64,000 nucleotides of DNA from positions 56,484,001 to 56,548,000 of the forward strand of contig NC_045697.1 in the NCBI RefSeq assembly GCF_009834535.1. The letters are read 5' to 3'. Position numbers and translations under genes: made by a program. The notes under the pieces are model-generated. The model was not told where the DNA came from, did no database searches, and worked only from the letters and a program-made list of their open reading frames with translations. The DNA is from Camelus ferus. Lineage: Eukaryota. The first letter of the stretch is position 1; the number at the start of each line of letters is the position of its first letter. Positions 1 through 12,274 of this stretch are shown piece by piece.

Positions 1-370
1 CCCCGTTTGGTTGGCTGACAGATTTCTGGCTCAGCAGATCCTAGTAGAATCAATGGCAGAAGAGTTTGATATTAGTCAGTGGGTTTCAGATTACCACCCC
101 TTCTAACAAAGTCACTTCCCAAACCAAGAAACTTCTACTTTTACATAGCCCCATACATTTTCCCTGCTCCCCTGTCCCTGTAACTAAGTAGAGCATTACT
201 GAGGCAGTCTTCTTCTCTCCTCAGTGTGCACGCAGTCTATTTTTGCCCAGTGGAGGCTATAAGATAGGATAACAAGAGATTTTGGACACTTTATTCCTTC
301 TCTGCTTCTAAGATTTTCCCAATAAACCCCACCTCATATCTGTACCTTTATGGAACTGTGGTTTTATATT
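1..370 (+). mobile_element. Possible 3' part of an ancient LTR
   Basis: AATAAA at 321 in LTR-like context, directly upstream of a degenerate retroelement-like internal region; family not recognised. Confidence 0.3.
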
Positions 371-2335
371 TATACTCTTTTTTTTTTTTAAAGGCAGTTG
401 TTGGCCATTAAGGGACATACTCCACTCTGCCTATGAATTTTTGGAAAAGTTTAACTGGCTTACATGGATGAGTACTATTTCTTCCTTATTTTGATAACAG
501 GTCACCCTCTGCTAGCTTTGAATGAGTAGGCTGGCTGTTAGGTCAACTTAGCACTCCCTCCTCTAAAGAGACTGCTGAGATGTCTCTTCCAAGCCCCAAA
601 GGAGTCATTTTGTCAAGGAAAGTAACAAGTAGCCACCTAGTCTGTTAGCCAATACCCAGCAACCTCCTAACATCCAGGCGTTTGATTAATTTCTTGAAGC
701 CTTAAAAAAAAGCAGGTTGGCAGCAGAGAGGTCTGTGAACCACAAATTCCTCCGACAACAAAAACAAACAAACAAAAACCCTGGAGACCTTTGTGCCTCA
801 TTCAAATATGGTGTGCTGGGTGCCAAGAGCTGGAGCTGAGTTGGGGGCTGCAGTGATCACAAGAAATCAAGGGCCCACAGGATTCAACAGTTTGGATAAG
901 ATGATTCACTGAGAAACACTGCTGGCATCAGGCATATCTGTGTTTTGGCTCCTATTGTCCTGACTGATTATCTAGTAATGGCGGTTGACCAGAAAGCAGG
1001 GACTTGATATACAGATCCTAAAATTCGTACATAAGAACAAAGGGCCAGTAATAGTCAAGACATGTCTGAGGAGAGGTAAAGGTACATGGACTACAGAGAA
1101 AATGAGCACATGTGAGGGATCACTATGAAATTCATTTCCCCCTCACTGCACTATGCAAAAGAGTCAGGCTGTCCAGACTTAGACGTGGGTGGAGATCTCT
1201 GACCAGCTTGAGAACAGGAATACTGGCAATCTGCACCTGCTCCTCATCTCACCAAGCAACAAAGGAAACTGAGACAAGGCCACATTTTAGTTACAGCCAG
1301 AGAAATCCATCTTCAACAATGCCTGCCTGATGAATTAACATAAAAATTTGTAAAGGTTCAAATCCGTGTGTCTGAACCTCTTATTCTAGCCAGAGAAACA
1401 ATCAGAAAGCCCTCCAAAGTTGATATGGTAAATGAATAAATAGTAAATCAACAAAAAATCACAGTCATACACCAAACAAAGGAAAGCAAAGTCCATGAAG
1501 GAATACAAGTTGACTCTTACGTGCTCATCACCAAAACAAGTCCCAATAAATTTGTTGTGCTCAGTGTGAAGAAGTTGGTCAGATTCTGGACGAAAACAGT
1601 GAGTATGGTTAGTTCTGTGGATCAACTGACATCCTCTCTGAATCAAGACGGCAATATTTGTGATGCACCAGAAGATCTATGAGAGAACTGAGAGTTCAAA
1701 GGAAAACTACAGCAACATCTAACCAGGAAAAAATGGAGAAACACTGTTGGCCAAATTTGGTTATTTGGCTCAAGAAAATTTGGGCCCAACCTATTAGCCC
1801 ATAATAGTGAAGCTTTGTAAAACTCAGTATGGCCAGGCCATATGATATGATCAAATTTATGAAACAGCCAGTTAATACTGAGATTTGGGTGCTAGCACTG
1901 TGAGTATCTTCCAACTAGCAGCCCCCTCTGGGCCCATGTGTGAGGAGCCTCTCGTGGGCGTCTGTCTTGTCTTAGAATATGGGGCTTAAATAACTTCAAG
2001 CAACAAGGAGCAAGTGATAAGTAGAATCAAGAGTTGATGATTTATTAAAAGAAGAACAGGGGAAGATGAACTCTAATCTGGTCAAGATGAAAACCAAGGC
2101 CAGCTGCTCTGAGCCCTTTGAGAAGAGGACTGCTCAGAAAGGAGAAGTATCATGGCCTGACTGTTGTGGACTCTTTTCAGGACACTCAACTGCCACCATG
2201 AGAGAAGTGTGTTGTGATGTGCTATAAGTGAAACCTCAGTGCCAGTTGCAGTTATGTACACATGTGGCATCATGCCCAGAGGTGATGTTCTTGGTTAAGT
2301 AAGTCTATACTGCCTTGCCAAAAAGAAAAGTTTGA

Positions 2336-3100
2336 GTGCTTCAAGAAGAAGAGAAAATTAGGCAGACATGTTTATCATCAAGGCTCTGCTGCCTATTGCT
2401 AAAGGCTTTCTTCACTGATGGCATCAGGAAGAGGCCAGCTCACAACTGGTATTTAGCCATTGGGAGATCATTTCCAGCAACCTGTTCTGGGTACCGACCA
2501 CTGGAGAGAAGTACTTGCCCTTTGGGGAAAAGGCTGATTCAGAGAACCAGACTTGGAAGTACATGGACATGGGGATAAAGTGGGAAGGTCTTTGTCTGGT
2601 AAGGATTGTGGAGCACACGGAAAAGCAGAGAACCCTCAGCCAAAACAAGTAACTGATATCTGCAGTACTGACTCATGGGCCAAACCTAGTCTACTCCTGG
2701 TAGATACTCCCCTTGGAGCCTTACTGTGGACTCTCAGGGCTTAAGCCAAAAGAGGCTACAGTTGTTCCCACGGTGCCTGACACCACAACAGTGACTGAAC
2801 AGGTTGCTTTCACTTCTGACATTTGTGTACATATAACCTCGGACCGAATACTGCTTCCTTAGACATGGCTGACACGCCAGAAAGAGAAAAAAAAATGTAC
2901 TTGCTTTTACTTGGAAGAATAAGAACACCATTTTGGATGAGAAATACAGCTATAACAAAAATGTGGTAGCACTATGCATTCAAAAGAAAGAATGAAATTC
3001 AAAAGATTGATAACACCACTTGTTAACCAGGATATTGAATGACTAGAATTCTGTACAGAGTACAGCCTTACCAGATACACAGAAAGGGAAGAACCAAAAC
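2336..3100 (+). mobile_element. Degenerate LTR-retroelement (ERVL/Gypsy-like) pol remnant
   Basis: ORF track gives KAFFTDG (~2400) and CSTDSWA (~2660), resembling ERVL RNase H motifs AWFTDG and YTDSWA in the right order. Confidence 0.4.
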
Positions 3101-3121
3101 ATCTGGCTGTTGGCAGACAGC

Positions 3122-3647
3122 TGTGGTAGGCAGAATTTGAAAACTCCCCGCCCCCTGTAGAAGCCCCTTGCTTTGAATGTAAGCAGGACCTGTGAGTATG
3201 ATTCACACCTGTGATTAAGTTATGTTCTAAGGTAAAGAGATTTTGCAGCTGTCATTAAGGTGCCAAGTCATCTGCACTTGAGGTAAACAAAGGATTCACC
3301 TGGTTGAGTCTGACTTAATTAGTGAAAACATGTGAAAGAGATACTAGGTCCTTTCTTAAGAGAGAGAGTCTCTCGTTGGCTTTGAAGACACAAGCTTCTC
3401 TGTGATCTACAGCTGCAAGGAATGAACCCTGCCAATGACCACATCAGCTTGGAAAGGAACCCCAAGCCTTGGATGGGAACCCAGCTCCAGCCAGCACCTC
3501 AGTGGTGTCCTGTGAGACTCTGGGCAGTGGACCCAGATGAGCCGGTCCCAGATGGTTGGCCCACTGAAACTGTGATATGATAAATATGTATTGTTTTAAG
3601 GAGCTAAATTTGCAACTTAATATTCAGCACAGAAATACAATAACTAA
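3122..3647 (+). mobile_element. MaLR LTR (MLT1 family)
   Basis: Starts tgtggtaggcagaat; internal gattttgcagctgtcattaaggt; 3' gaaactgtgatatgataaatatgtattgttttaag typical of MLT1. Confidence 0.85.
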
Positions 3648-3689
3648 AGGTTGATGTGCTCACAATAATTTCACAATCACTTTATAGCT

Positions 3690-3790
3690 TAAGGAATATT
3701 ATTATTTCCATTTTATTAACAAAGAAATTGAGTCATAGAAAGGTCAGGTCTTATGCTAGTATGTGGTGGAGATGAGCTTGTTGCTGCGCT
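3690..3790 (-). mobile_element. MIR SINE fragment
   Basis: attatttccattttattaacaaagaaattgagtcatagaaagg resembles the MIR core, reverse orientation. Confidence 0.55.
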
Positions 3791-5228
3791 GTATTTCTGC
3801 TTTTCTACTTTACAACAATGTTTTTCTCATTCTAGATAATTAAAATTTGTTATTTGAAGCTATTAAGAGGAAGAAAATAAACACTTTCTTTTCTATGCTG
3901 AGAAATAGGAAATCTGGAATTAAAGCCAAATAGTGTGCAGTACCATTAGGATAGAGAAATTTCCAAGAATGAAGCAGGACAATTTTCATCTTATTCTCTT
4001 ACTCTTTCCCTACATTCTTCTCTAAAAAATAGTGAATCAATTCTTTAGTATTATTGGCATATACTGGACCTGCGTTTCCGTATATCTGCACTTCTTTTCC
4101 CAGGATAAATTCTTGGAAACTTGTGAAAGTGAGGTCCTGAAAGAATAGCTTACCAAGCTAAAGACAAAGTTTGGTAAGAATCAATAAATAAGGAACTATA
4201 ATCACATTCATCAATAATGCTGTTACATATTATTTATTTTATAAGAGGTAACAATTCATTAGCTAAAACATTTATCATCTTTATAAAAGCAGTGTTCTGT
4301 GAAAATATTACATATTCTACTCATATGTGATCAAATGAAATGTCATTTATTGACAAGTGTTAATGGCTTTATTAAACTATATTTGTTTCTTTGAAATGAG
4401 TCCAGAAGAAAATCAATTTTGTAAACATTATCCAACTTAATGAGTTTAATATGCACCCATACCACACACATAACTTAGAAAATCAATCAATTTTGAAAAT
4501 AATTTATTATAGATATACCTTCCTCATTGAAGACTACCAAGAACGGGAAAATAATAATTTAAAATAAGAGATTTCCTAAAGAGTTAGAAATAAATTATTT
4601 TAACCATAAAGCTTTCCCTCCAAATTATGTCAAATTACAAAATTTGATCATTATATGTGAAAAATTCTATGGGTTGAGAATACCTTGGGAAAATTACATG
4701 GAGAAAATCCATCATATGATATATTCTCAAGGCTAATAATAGTCAATACATTTAAATGTAGTCACATATTGGGGGTCACACTAACCCCAATTATTTGTCC
4801 AGGCCAAATAAGTATAAGATGTTCTCTAAGTGCAAAAGCCTTTGAAAATGCCATGGGCTTGACAGTTATAATTAGAAATACTCTCTTTGCAGGAATATCT
4901 GGATCAAATGGGTATTTTAAAAATAGTTGAAGAAGACAAAAATATTGTGAAGGGTGTTTTAGTTTTCATAAGCAATATTTATAAGGAAGTTGGATGATGT
5001 TCAAAGAATGGACCGATTTAATATTATTGTTCCCCCGAAAATTTGTATTAAAGTCAAATATGTTTTAAAATGCTGAAGGAAGATGTTTTGAGTTATATAA
5101 GTTATATAAGTACTTCCAAATAAATACTTCTTTTTATTTTGGGCTTTATTCTAGCATAAATTTCAGCCTATTCACCTTGCATTTTAAGGGATGATATAAA
5201 ATCAACAAAGCTTGAAAATGTATTTTCT

Positions 5229-5340
5229 TTTTGGGGGGGAGGAGAGGGAAGGTAATTGGGTTTATTTATTTATTTTGATAGTGGAGGTACTGGGAATTGA
5301 ACCTAGGACCTCGTGCATGCTAGGCACACACTCTACCACT
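5229..5340 (-). mobile_element. tRNA-derived camelid SINE (Vic-1-like), 5'-truncated, with TSD
   Basis: Minus strand reads AGTGGTAGAG...GAGGTCCTAGGTTCAATTCCCAGTACCTCC (B box), then AAATAAATAAACCCAATTACC and a C-rich tail; direct repeats cttgaaaatgtattttct at 5211-5228 and 5339-5356. Confidence 0.85.
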
Positions 5341-8229
5341 TGAAAATGTATTTTCTAATCTTAAATTGGTCTATACACATTTGTCCATTTAGTTCTTTAG
5401 AGTCAGTTGAGAAGCCTGAGGTTTTCTTTGTTTGTTAAAGATACATAAATCTTACTCACAGTCTACCTGCTATCTGAATAGAAAGGTTCCCCTATCCCTC
5501 ACTGAACTACTAAATTTGATTTCCAGTCTCTGCACAGTATTTCAACTACCAAGGTCTTGAAGAATAATGTAGATCTAATTGCCACAATACCTCTCTGAAA
5601 GTAACCTAGAGTATTCACATTTTGCATCACCCATAAATATCTGAATTTTTTTCTTTAGTCCCTTCTCCCTCTCAGTGCTTTTCTGGCTTGGCCCACACAT
5701 CCCTTGTATCACTGATACATGTTTTCACATACACTGACTCTGTGTCTGTAGTCCATCCCTGATTCCATCCCTCTCCTTAACCTTTTGTAAGTCTAGCAAA
5801 AATATTTTCTAATAAGAAACCTTTATGCAGTCAGATATTGGAATCACTTTTAATGAAATATTTATACTTTACTATAAAAGAAATATTAAAATAGTTGACT
5901 ATAGCCCGATTTTTGTTTGACTAGATCACGACAGGTAGAACTTTGTTTATGGACCTCTACTCTCAGTGGTCTTTTACATCAAAATCTAAACTCCAAGCTC
6001 TCAGCTTTGTAGAGCTTGGTATTAGTTTTTTTCTTTCATCTATTTAATCCTATTTCTCAACATTACCCATTGTAATCTCTTTGTCCCTTTTTGGAACTTG
6101 CTTTTGCTACATTCAACATGGATGGTAATCTCTGTGCTTCACACTTTACCTCTGGTTTGGAAGGAATTCCTTTTATTCTTTTATTTATACAAATTCTACC
6201 TGGTATGCTAAGTTCAGCTCAGCTTTTATACAGCCTACAAGTTCAAAATGTATTGTTCCAGTCAATTCTACTCTTCAAATATTTTGAGCTAGTAACTATT
6301 GCTACACCACTTAAAAAATCAACTCTTTACTAATGTTTGTGGCATCATTAGTTTTACATCTCTTAACAAAAATATAGCACTTCTAAGTTCTAGAAAGACA
6401 TTTCATGCCTCTTTGTTCCTTTCTCAATAACACAGTACAGTAGCAACTCATGGTAAAATACATACAATAATCACTCTATTGGTAAGATTACATATATTTT
6501 AACATGAAATACTAAGCAGAATTCCTAGCTCATAAGTACTCACTAAATATTAGTTAACAATAGTTAATTAATTCATGTTCTTGGTTTGGTATTGCTAAAA
6601 CTACTCAGAAAGTTGCTCATAATTTGGTCACTCTGAAGGCTTAATTTCATACATAAAATTAATCAAGTGGCTTTTTACAAGGATGAATATAAACAAAGTA
6701 ATGTAATTTTGACTGAGTTAAAGTTACAGAAGGCAAAGTGCTAAAGAAGACTTCCTTAACAACTGTACACTTATTTATATAACAGTACTTGGGTCACCTG
6801 ATCCTTCAGTCCTTACAGTTATATCATTTTTAACTGGGAACATATGATATAGACAATATTTAAAAAGTTTTAAGATCAAATACAGAAGCATTATAAATCC
6901 TAAATATGGCCCTTAAAAATGCTAAGCAAACTGTCTTCCTTATGATTATATTGTTATTCTGTTTTTAACTCTGAAGAGTCCAAAACGGCTTTCAAGTCGT
7001 GGTGGTTACGGTGGCAGTGGTGGTGATAATGGGTGTGTCTGTGTGTTTGTCTGTGTGTATGTCTGTATGTTGTGTACACTGAGCCTGTCTCTTCCTACTC
7101 ATCTGACATGAATAAAAGCAAACAATGCCATATTCATGGATACCTCCTGACACTGGTTTGTTGCCAGTTGAACCTCTATATTATGGATCACAGTATTTGT
7201 ATAAAGAGTTACAACCTTGTGAATTTTATCAAGGAAAAAAATGCTATACTTCTCTACAGGTAAAGTGTCTCACCATTCCCAAGCCACCAATAGCAATCTA
7301 CTCTAATGAATCATATTGTCAAGTCCGCCAAGATGAAGAGAATCTTGTTACTTCTAGGTAGCCCTGGTCTGTTTCCGTGATTTGGATCTGATTTGAATAT
7401 TTAACTTCCTTTTGGAAAAATCATTATTAAATTACCGGAAGCCTTTTTTAATTGTGCTAAGGCTAACAAAATAATACTTATTCAAGGAAAGAACTGGATG
7501 AATGAATGTGATATAAATAATTTGGTCAAAATAACATTGTGGTCCAGTACCAGTACCTTTCAAGCATCTGGTGCTATTTGATGTGTAAGAAACAGTTCAC
7601 CAGACAAGCTGGGCCTGTTTTATTTATGAGATTGTTATGTTCTTATGGAACCCTTTTTATGGAAAATAGCATCATTGATTTAATAACAAGAACACTGTTG
7701 GAAGAGATGTAACAATATGCTATTTCCTCTCCAAGGGAACAACAAACATTAGGATCTCCAAGGCAAAATTAATAGTCGATGCTTTCCATCTGGTGGAAGG
7801 TCAAGGAACATGGCAATGTGACAATGTTACCAAATAGCTAAATTTTGTGAGATGAATCCAGTTTTAGATGAGATAAGGTTTCTTTAAGCATCTTGCTACA
7901 GGAGGTGAGGAAAAGCCTAGATTTTGCGATTATTTCAAACTTCCCCTTAAAATCCTTGCAAGCAAATTCTAAGGAGCATTTAGAGCAAGATTCTCTTCAC
8001 CACCAAAGTCTTTAAAAATGAGATTTTCCTTATTATATGATATGGGACTGTATTTTTGGTCCCATTTTTTTCCTTATTCACAGAGAGATTCAATGGCATT
8101 ATCTTTTAAGTTTACTGTACCTATTTGTCCTTCACAATTTAACACGTGCAAGCTTTAATTATTCCACTAAAATAATTAAAGAATACGTTAAAAGTTAAGA
8201 TTCTATAACCACACTAACTGATGTCAGTT

Positions 8230-8410
8230 AGGGCCGGGATATTTACTTGCTGTGTGACCTTGGACTAGGGAAATATTTCTGTGCTTCAGTGTCTTCACCC
8301 TTACCCCAGATAGTGGGTTTGATGACACATGAATTAGTTCATATATAGAATTTAGCCCAGTGGCTAATGCATGCCTAAAAGTTAAAAATTACTTTTGGTA
8401 TTATTATTAA
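8230..8410 (+). mobile_element. MIR SINE fragment
   Basis: gctgtgtgaccttggac...tctgtgcttcagtgtcttcac MIR core. Confidence 0.6.
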
Positions 8411-9654
8411 AATTATTTCACTATTAACCTCAGTTGATGGGGTTAATAATTTTGTTGTCTATTTTCTGGAGATTCAACTCTTCCCTTTCTATGAAAAAGA
8501 AACAGATCAGTTAAAGGATAGAGTTCTTTTGTATCTTAAAGTCTTTCTTCTTGGTTACATATATTGAGGATTCAAAGTAGCAGGCTCTTAAATTTAAAAT
8601 GCAAACTCTAAGTAAACAGATGGAATTCAAGATATTCTGAAACCAGAATTTCAAATAATAATGTGAATTAATATCTATTATTTTGATCACAGGTTCTTAG
8701 ATACACAATCACTCTAGTGTTACAAATATGCTTTAAACAAACTGTGAGAGACTAAATGTGATTTTTTAAAAATAAATGACAGTTTGTAGCATACAAACTA
8801 AATGTAACTTTAGTGTACTAAACTAGATGTTACTTCCAGCATTCACTTGAGTAAAATACTTAATGCTACAATGAGCCTGCAAAATAAATACGCAGTTAAT
8901 CATGTGCTATCTGACAACAGTGGAGTTACACTTTGATACATATTTTTTTAGCATACCTTTGATGTGATTTTTAAAAATTTTGTTGATAGTAAAGGAAGTC
9001 TTACATGCTCACCAGTTTCTGACCACATTCCAACAGAAAAGTATCTATCTTCATTAATACAATTACATTAAGAGAAAGCTTACTTCTAGGTGAGATTTTA
9101 TGAATTTAATATTTATATTGAAGAAGTAAGTCCCTTAAAAATCAGTTTCTTTAAAATTCCATACAATCATTACTCTGTTTTCTGCAAAAGGAGAATAATC
9201 ACTATTTCTCATGCGTCTTTTATTTCCCTAGAATTATTTTCTAAACAAACAATTATTAGTTCTTTTGAACCTTTCTTATATGAAGTGTTTCTATGTCCCT
9301 CACTGTCTTGGTTATTATCTGGATGCAATCCTGTCTGTGATACTACATTTTGAAGATAATCTATAACATATTGTCTGTTTAGTGCAGGGCATAGGGTTCT
9401 TCCTTACCCTAAGCCACTTCAATACTATGAATTGTAGACTTAGGCTGACCTGTAAGTCAGATAGAATCCCTGGAACTTTTTGTTCATCAATTGATATGAT
9501 TGCAAGACTTCTCCATTATATTATTGAATTTACTTCTTGAAATAATTGCACATGTATACAGTTATTTCTATTAACTTGCATCTCTTCAGTTCTGTTACTT
9601 TTTTTCCTCCTGAAAGTATTATTTTTAATTGTGAATTACACTATTTAAAACCTG

Positions 9655-9770
9655 ACATTTATTGAGCACTTACTAACTTACAGACACAGTACTAAGTAGT
9701 TACCTCATTCAATTCAATGCTCACAGTCATCATATACAAAATATTCTATTACTATTTTCACTCATCAATT
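9655..9770 (-). mobile_element. MIR SINE fragment
   Basis: catttattgagcacttacta...cacagtactaagt is the reversed MIR 3' end. Confidence 0.55.
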
Positions 9771-9924
9771 AAGTGGATCAGATTTTTGTCACCTGAAAAT
9801 TTGGTAAGCCTGTCTTAACTCCTCCTGTAATCCACTAATAAAAAAATATTTAACAAATAAAGAACAATCACAGTATTGCTTAATATTCTACCAAAGATGT
9901 CCCTCTTAACTTAAATACAATTAG

Positions 9925-11020
9925 ATTCAGGTTTACCTGCTTTCTTGATATCTCTACCTGGATGTGTCATGGATCCTCAGATTTAAATGCCCAAGAATTT
10001 ACTGGTCAACATCACTTCTTCTCAATTTACCCCTAGTTTCTCAAGCCATGAAACTTGGAATCAAATCCTGCCTTTCTACTGCCTACATGAATTCTTCTTC
10101 TGTCCCTTCTTGCTATCACCATTGCTGCTGTTCTAATCCAAGTAAATAATTCCCATATTGTCTCTTCCCATCAGCCAAATCCATACTCAGGACTGCAGCC
10201 AGAATGACCTTTTAAAGAGAAAAAACCCTGAATATCACTTTCTTTCTTTTTATCTTTCAGTGCTTTTAGAATTGAATTCATTTTTAAAAACTATATGCAG
10301 ATGACATGACACCATATTTAGAAAACCCTAAAGGCTCCACACAAAAACTACTAGAGCTGAGAAAAGAATTCAGCAAGGTAGCAGGATACAAGATTAACAT
10401 ATAGAAATGAATTTATTTTTAAGATAGCCCTTAAGACCCTTCATAATGTCTCTCTTTGCTCTTGTGCTCTGTACACATAGACTTATTTACATTCTACAAA
10501 AAAAGTCCTCACTTGTCTTCAGTATTTCAACTATAACATTTCCCTTCTACTCCCTCTCCTCATTTTCCTTCTCTTCCTCCTTCTATGACAGGCACAGAGC
10601 ATGAAATGATCAATAAAACGTACACTGCCCTCGTGGAACTTACATTTTAATTTGAGAAGATAGAAAAAAGGCAAATATATGAGTAAAAATGTTTTACCAA
10701 ATTTGCTTCTTCTTCTACCTTTTCTGACTAAAGTAAACTGATATTCTATGTGAGCTTAACCATCACTTCCTCCTGGAAGCTTGCTCTGACCCTGCAGGTT
10801 GTTACTATCTTGTCTTATGTGGGAACAATACCCCTCATATTCACTTTTAGCACATCATATTTGTCATGATTTGTTTAAGGTATGCTATCCCTAATAGTCT
10901 GGAGACTCCACAAAGGCACAGTCTATAACTAACTGTCCACTAGTGTATCCTCAGCCCATGGTATGGTTCTTGGAAAAGAGAAAGTACTTGATAGCTACTT
11001 ACTACATGCTGACTGATTAA
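9925..11020 (+). mobile_element. L2 LINE remnant (3' part), interrupted by an L1 fragment
   Basis: gatatctctacctggatgtgtc, gcagccagaatgaccttttaaa, catcacttcctcctggaagctt, ggagactccacaaaggcac are L2 3'-region motifs. Confidence 0.65.
10288..10408 (+). mobile_element. Isolated ~120-bp L1 ORF2 reverse-transcriptase fragment
   Basis: Translates to LYADDM / [28 protein letters not shown] (one frameshift); near-identical direct repeats at 10267-10287 and 10402-10422. Confidence 0.85.
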
Positions 11021-11119
11021 CTACAAATTGAAGACAAAACCACATACTTTTCACTTTAACCAGATGATGCTACCTTTTTCTGCAGATTAACTCTGGATGG
11101 GAAAAGGATGGGGGGAAGA

Positions 11120-12270
11120 GTGTTTCACCTCATTAGATAAAAATACATATTAGAGTCTCTATAATCAGAACAGTGTGACACTTCTGCCAAGATAAATGAC
11201 CAGTGAATGAGATTAATGGAACTAAACATACCTAGTACTACTTAATGTACATCACATTTTAGTTATAAGGTTTGTTAAAATTTCACATCAAAGAAGAAAG
11301 AGTAGATTATTAAAAACCAATGTTGGAACAACTTCCTTTTTGAGGAAAGATTTTAAATGTCTATTTGTAGTATCAAAATAAATCCATTTTCGAATAAAAG
11401 AATACATTTCAGGTAGAATACAATTTTAACTGTGAAAAAATTAAACCATTAAGATACCAAGAGAAAAATGTTTGGAGATAATCAAATAATCTTGGAGATA
11501 GGAAAGCTCTTTCTAAGAAGGATCATGGTGTTGTTTGACTTCAGGAAACCAGTTACCATTAAGTAATTGGTGTCATCTTCCCCAAATACTTTGTGAATGG
11601 TGTTTTTTGGAAGGCAGCTCTGCAGTCTTTATTCTAAGGTATCAGAGAAACCAGAGACAAATCACGACTATCTTTTATTGTAATAACTTTTTATCATTGA
11701 AATTGCAGAACTTTAAGTAAACTTTCTTGAAATGCTACTCATGAATTGGGAACATTATTTGATTTATATATTATACCCTTAAAATCAAATTATATAAAGA
11801 GCTCTTAAATACCAATGCAAACACACATATGTAATATCTATTTATCTATCTATATATCTATCTCACTTTGAAAAAAGGGTCAAATATTTTATTAAACATT
11901 TCACTAGAAAATAAACACATAGCCAATTAAGACATAGCACTAAACTGTGAAGTAAAATGAGATATTTGTTGTTCATTACATTGTAAAATGTTTGCTTCAA
12001 AAATTCTAATATATCAGTAATGAAATATTGTGGAGAAACAGTCAATCCTACTGTCTGCTTTTTGTAAGCCCTAAAAATTGCTTGGTGGATGTCATTAAAC
12101 ATATCAAAATGCATTAAAATATATAAATTTGATCTTAAATGAATGAATAATTGCATATCTCTACAACAATGAATGTACGGATTTCCTTTTTTTACATTTT
12201 GTGAAAGAGTAAAAATTGCAAAACAAATTAAATTTTCAATAATAAGATTCAAATAATAATACGATCTCAT
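11120..12270 (+). mobile_element. Old, highly decayed L1 (L1M-type) fragments
   Basis: ataatcagaacagtgtgacac, aatgttggaacaact, aaacatttcactagaaaataaacacatagccaat resemble decayed L1 ORF2 3' region. Confidence 0.55.
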
Positions 12271-12274
12271 ATAC

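Noticed and set aside
5281..5340. tRNA gene-like sequence
   Set aside because: It is the head of a SINE: 5' arm missing, SINE tail and TSD present
7125..7361. ATG-initiated 78-aa ORF with CAG|GTAAAG at 7259/7260
   Set aside because: No recognisable protein similarity, the site reads equally as acceptor or donor, and there is no partner plus-strand exon
11863..12270. Longest ORF (135 aa, minus)
   Set aside because: Antisense reading of AT-rich decayed L1; composition biased to F/I/L/Y/N
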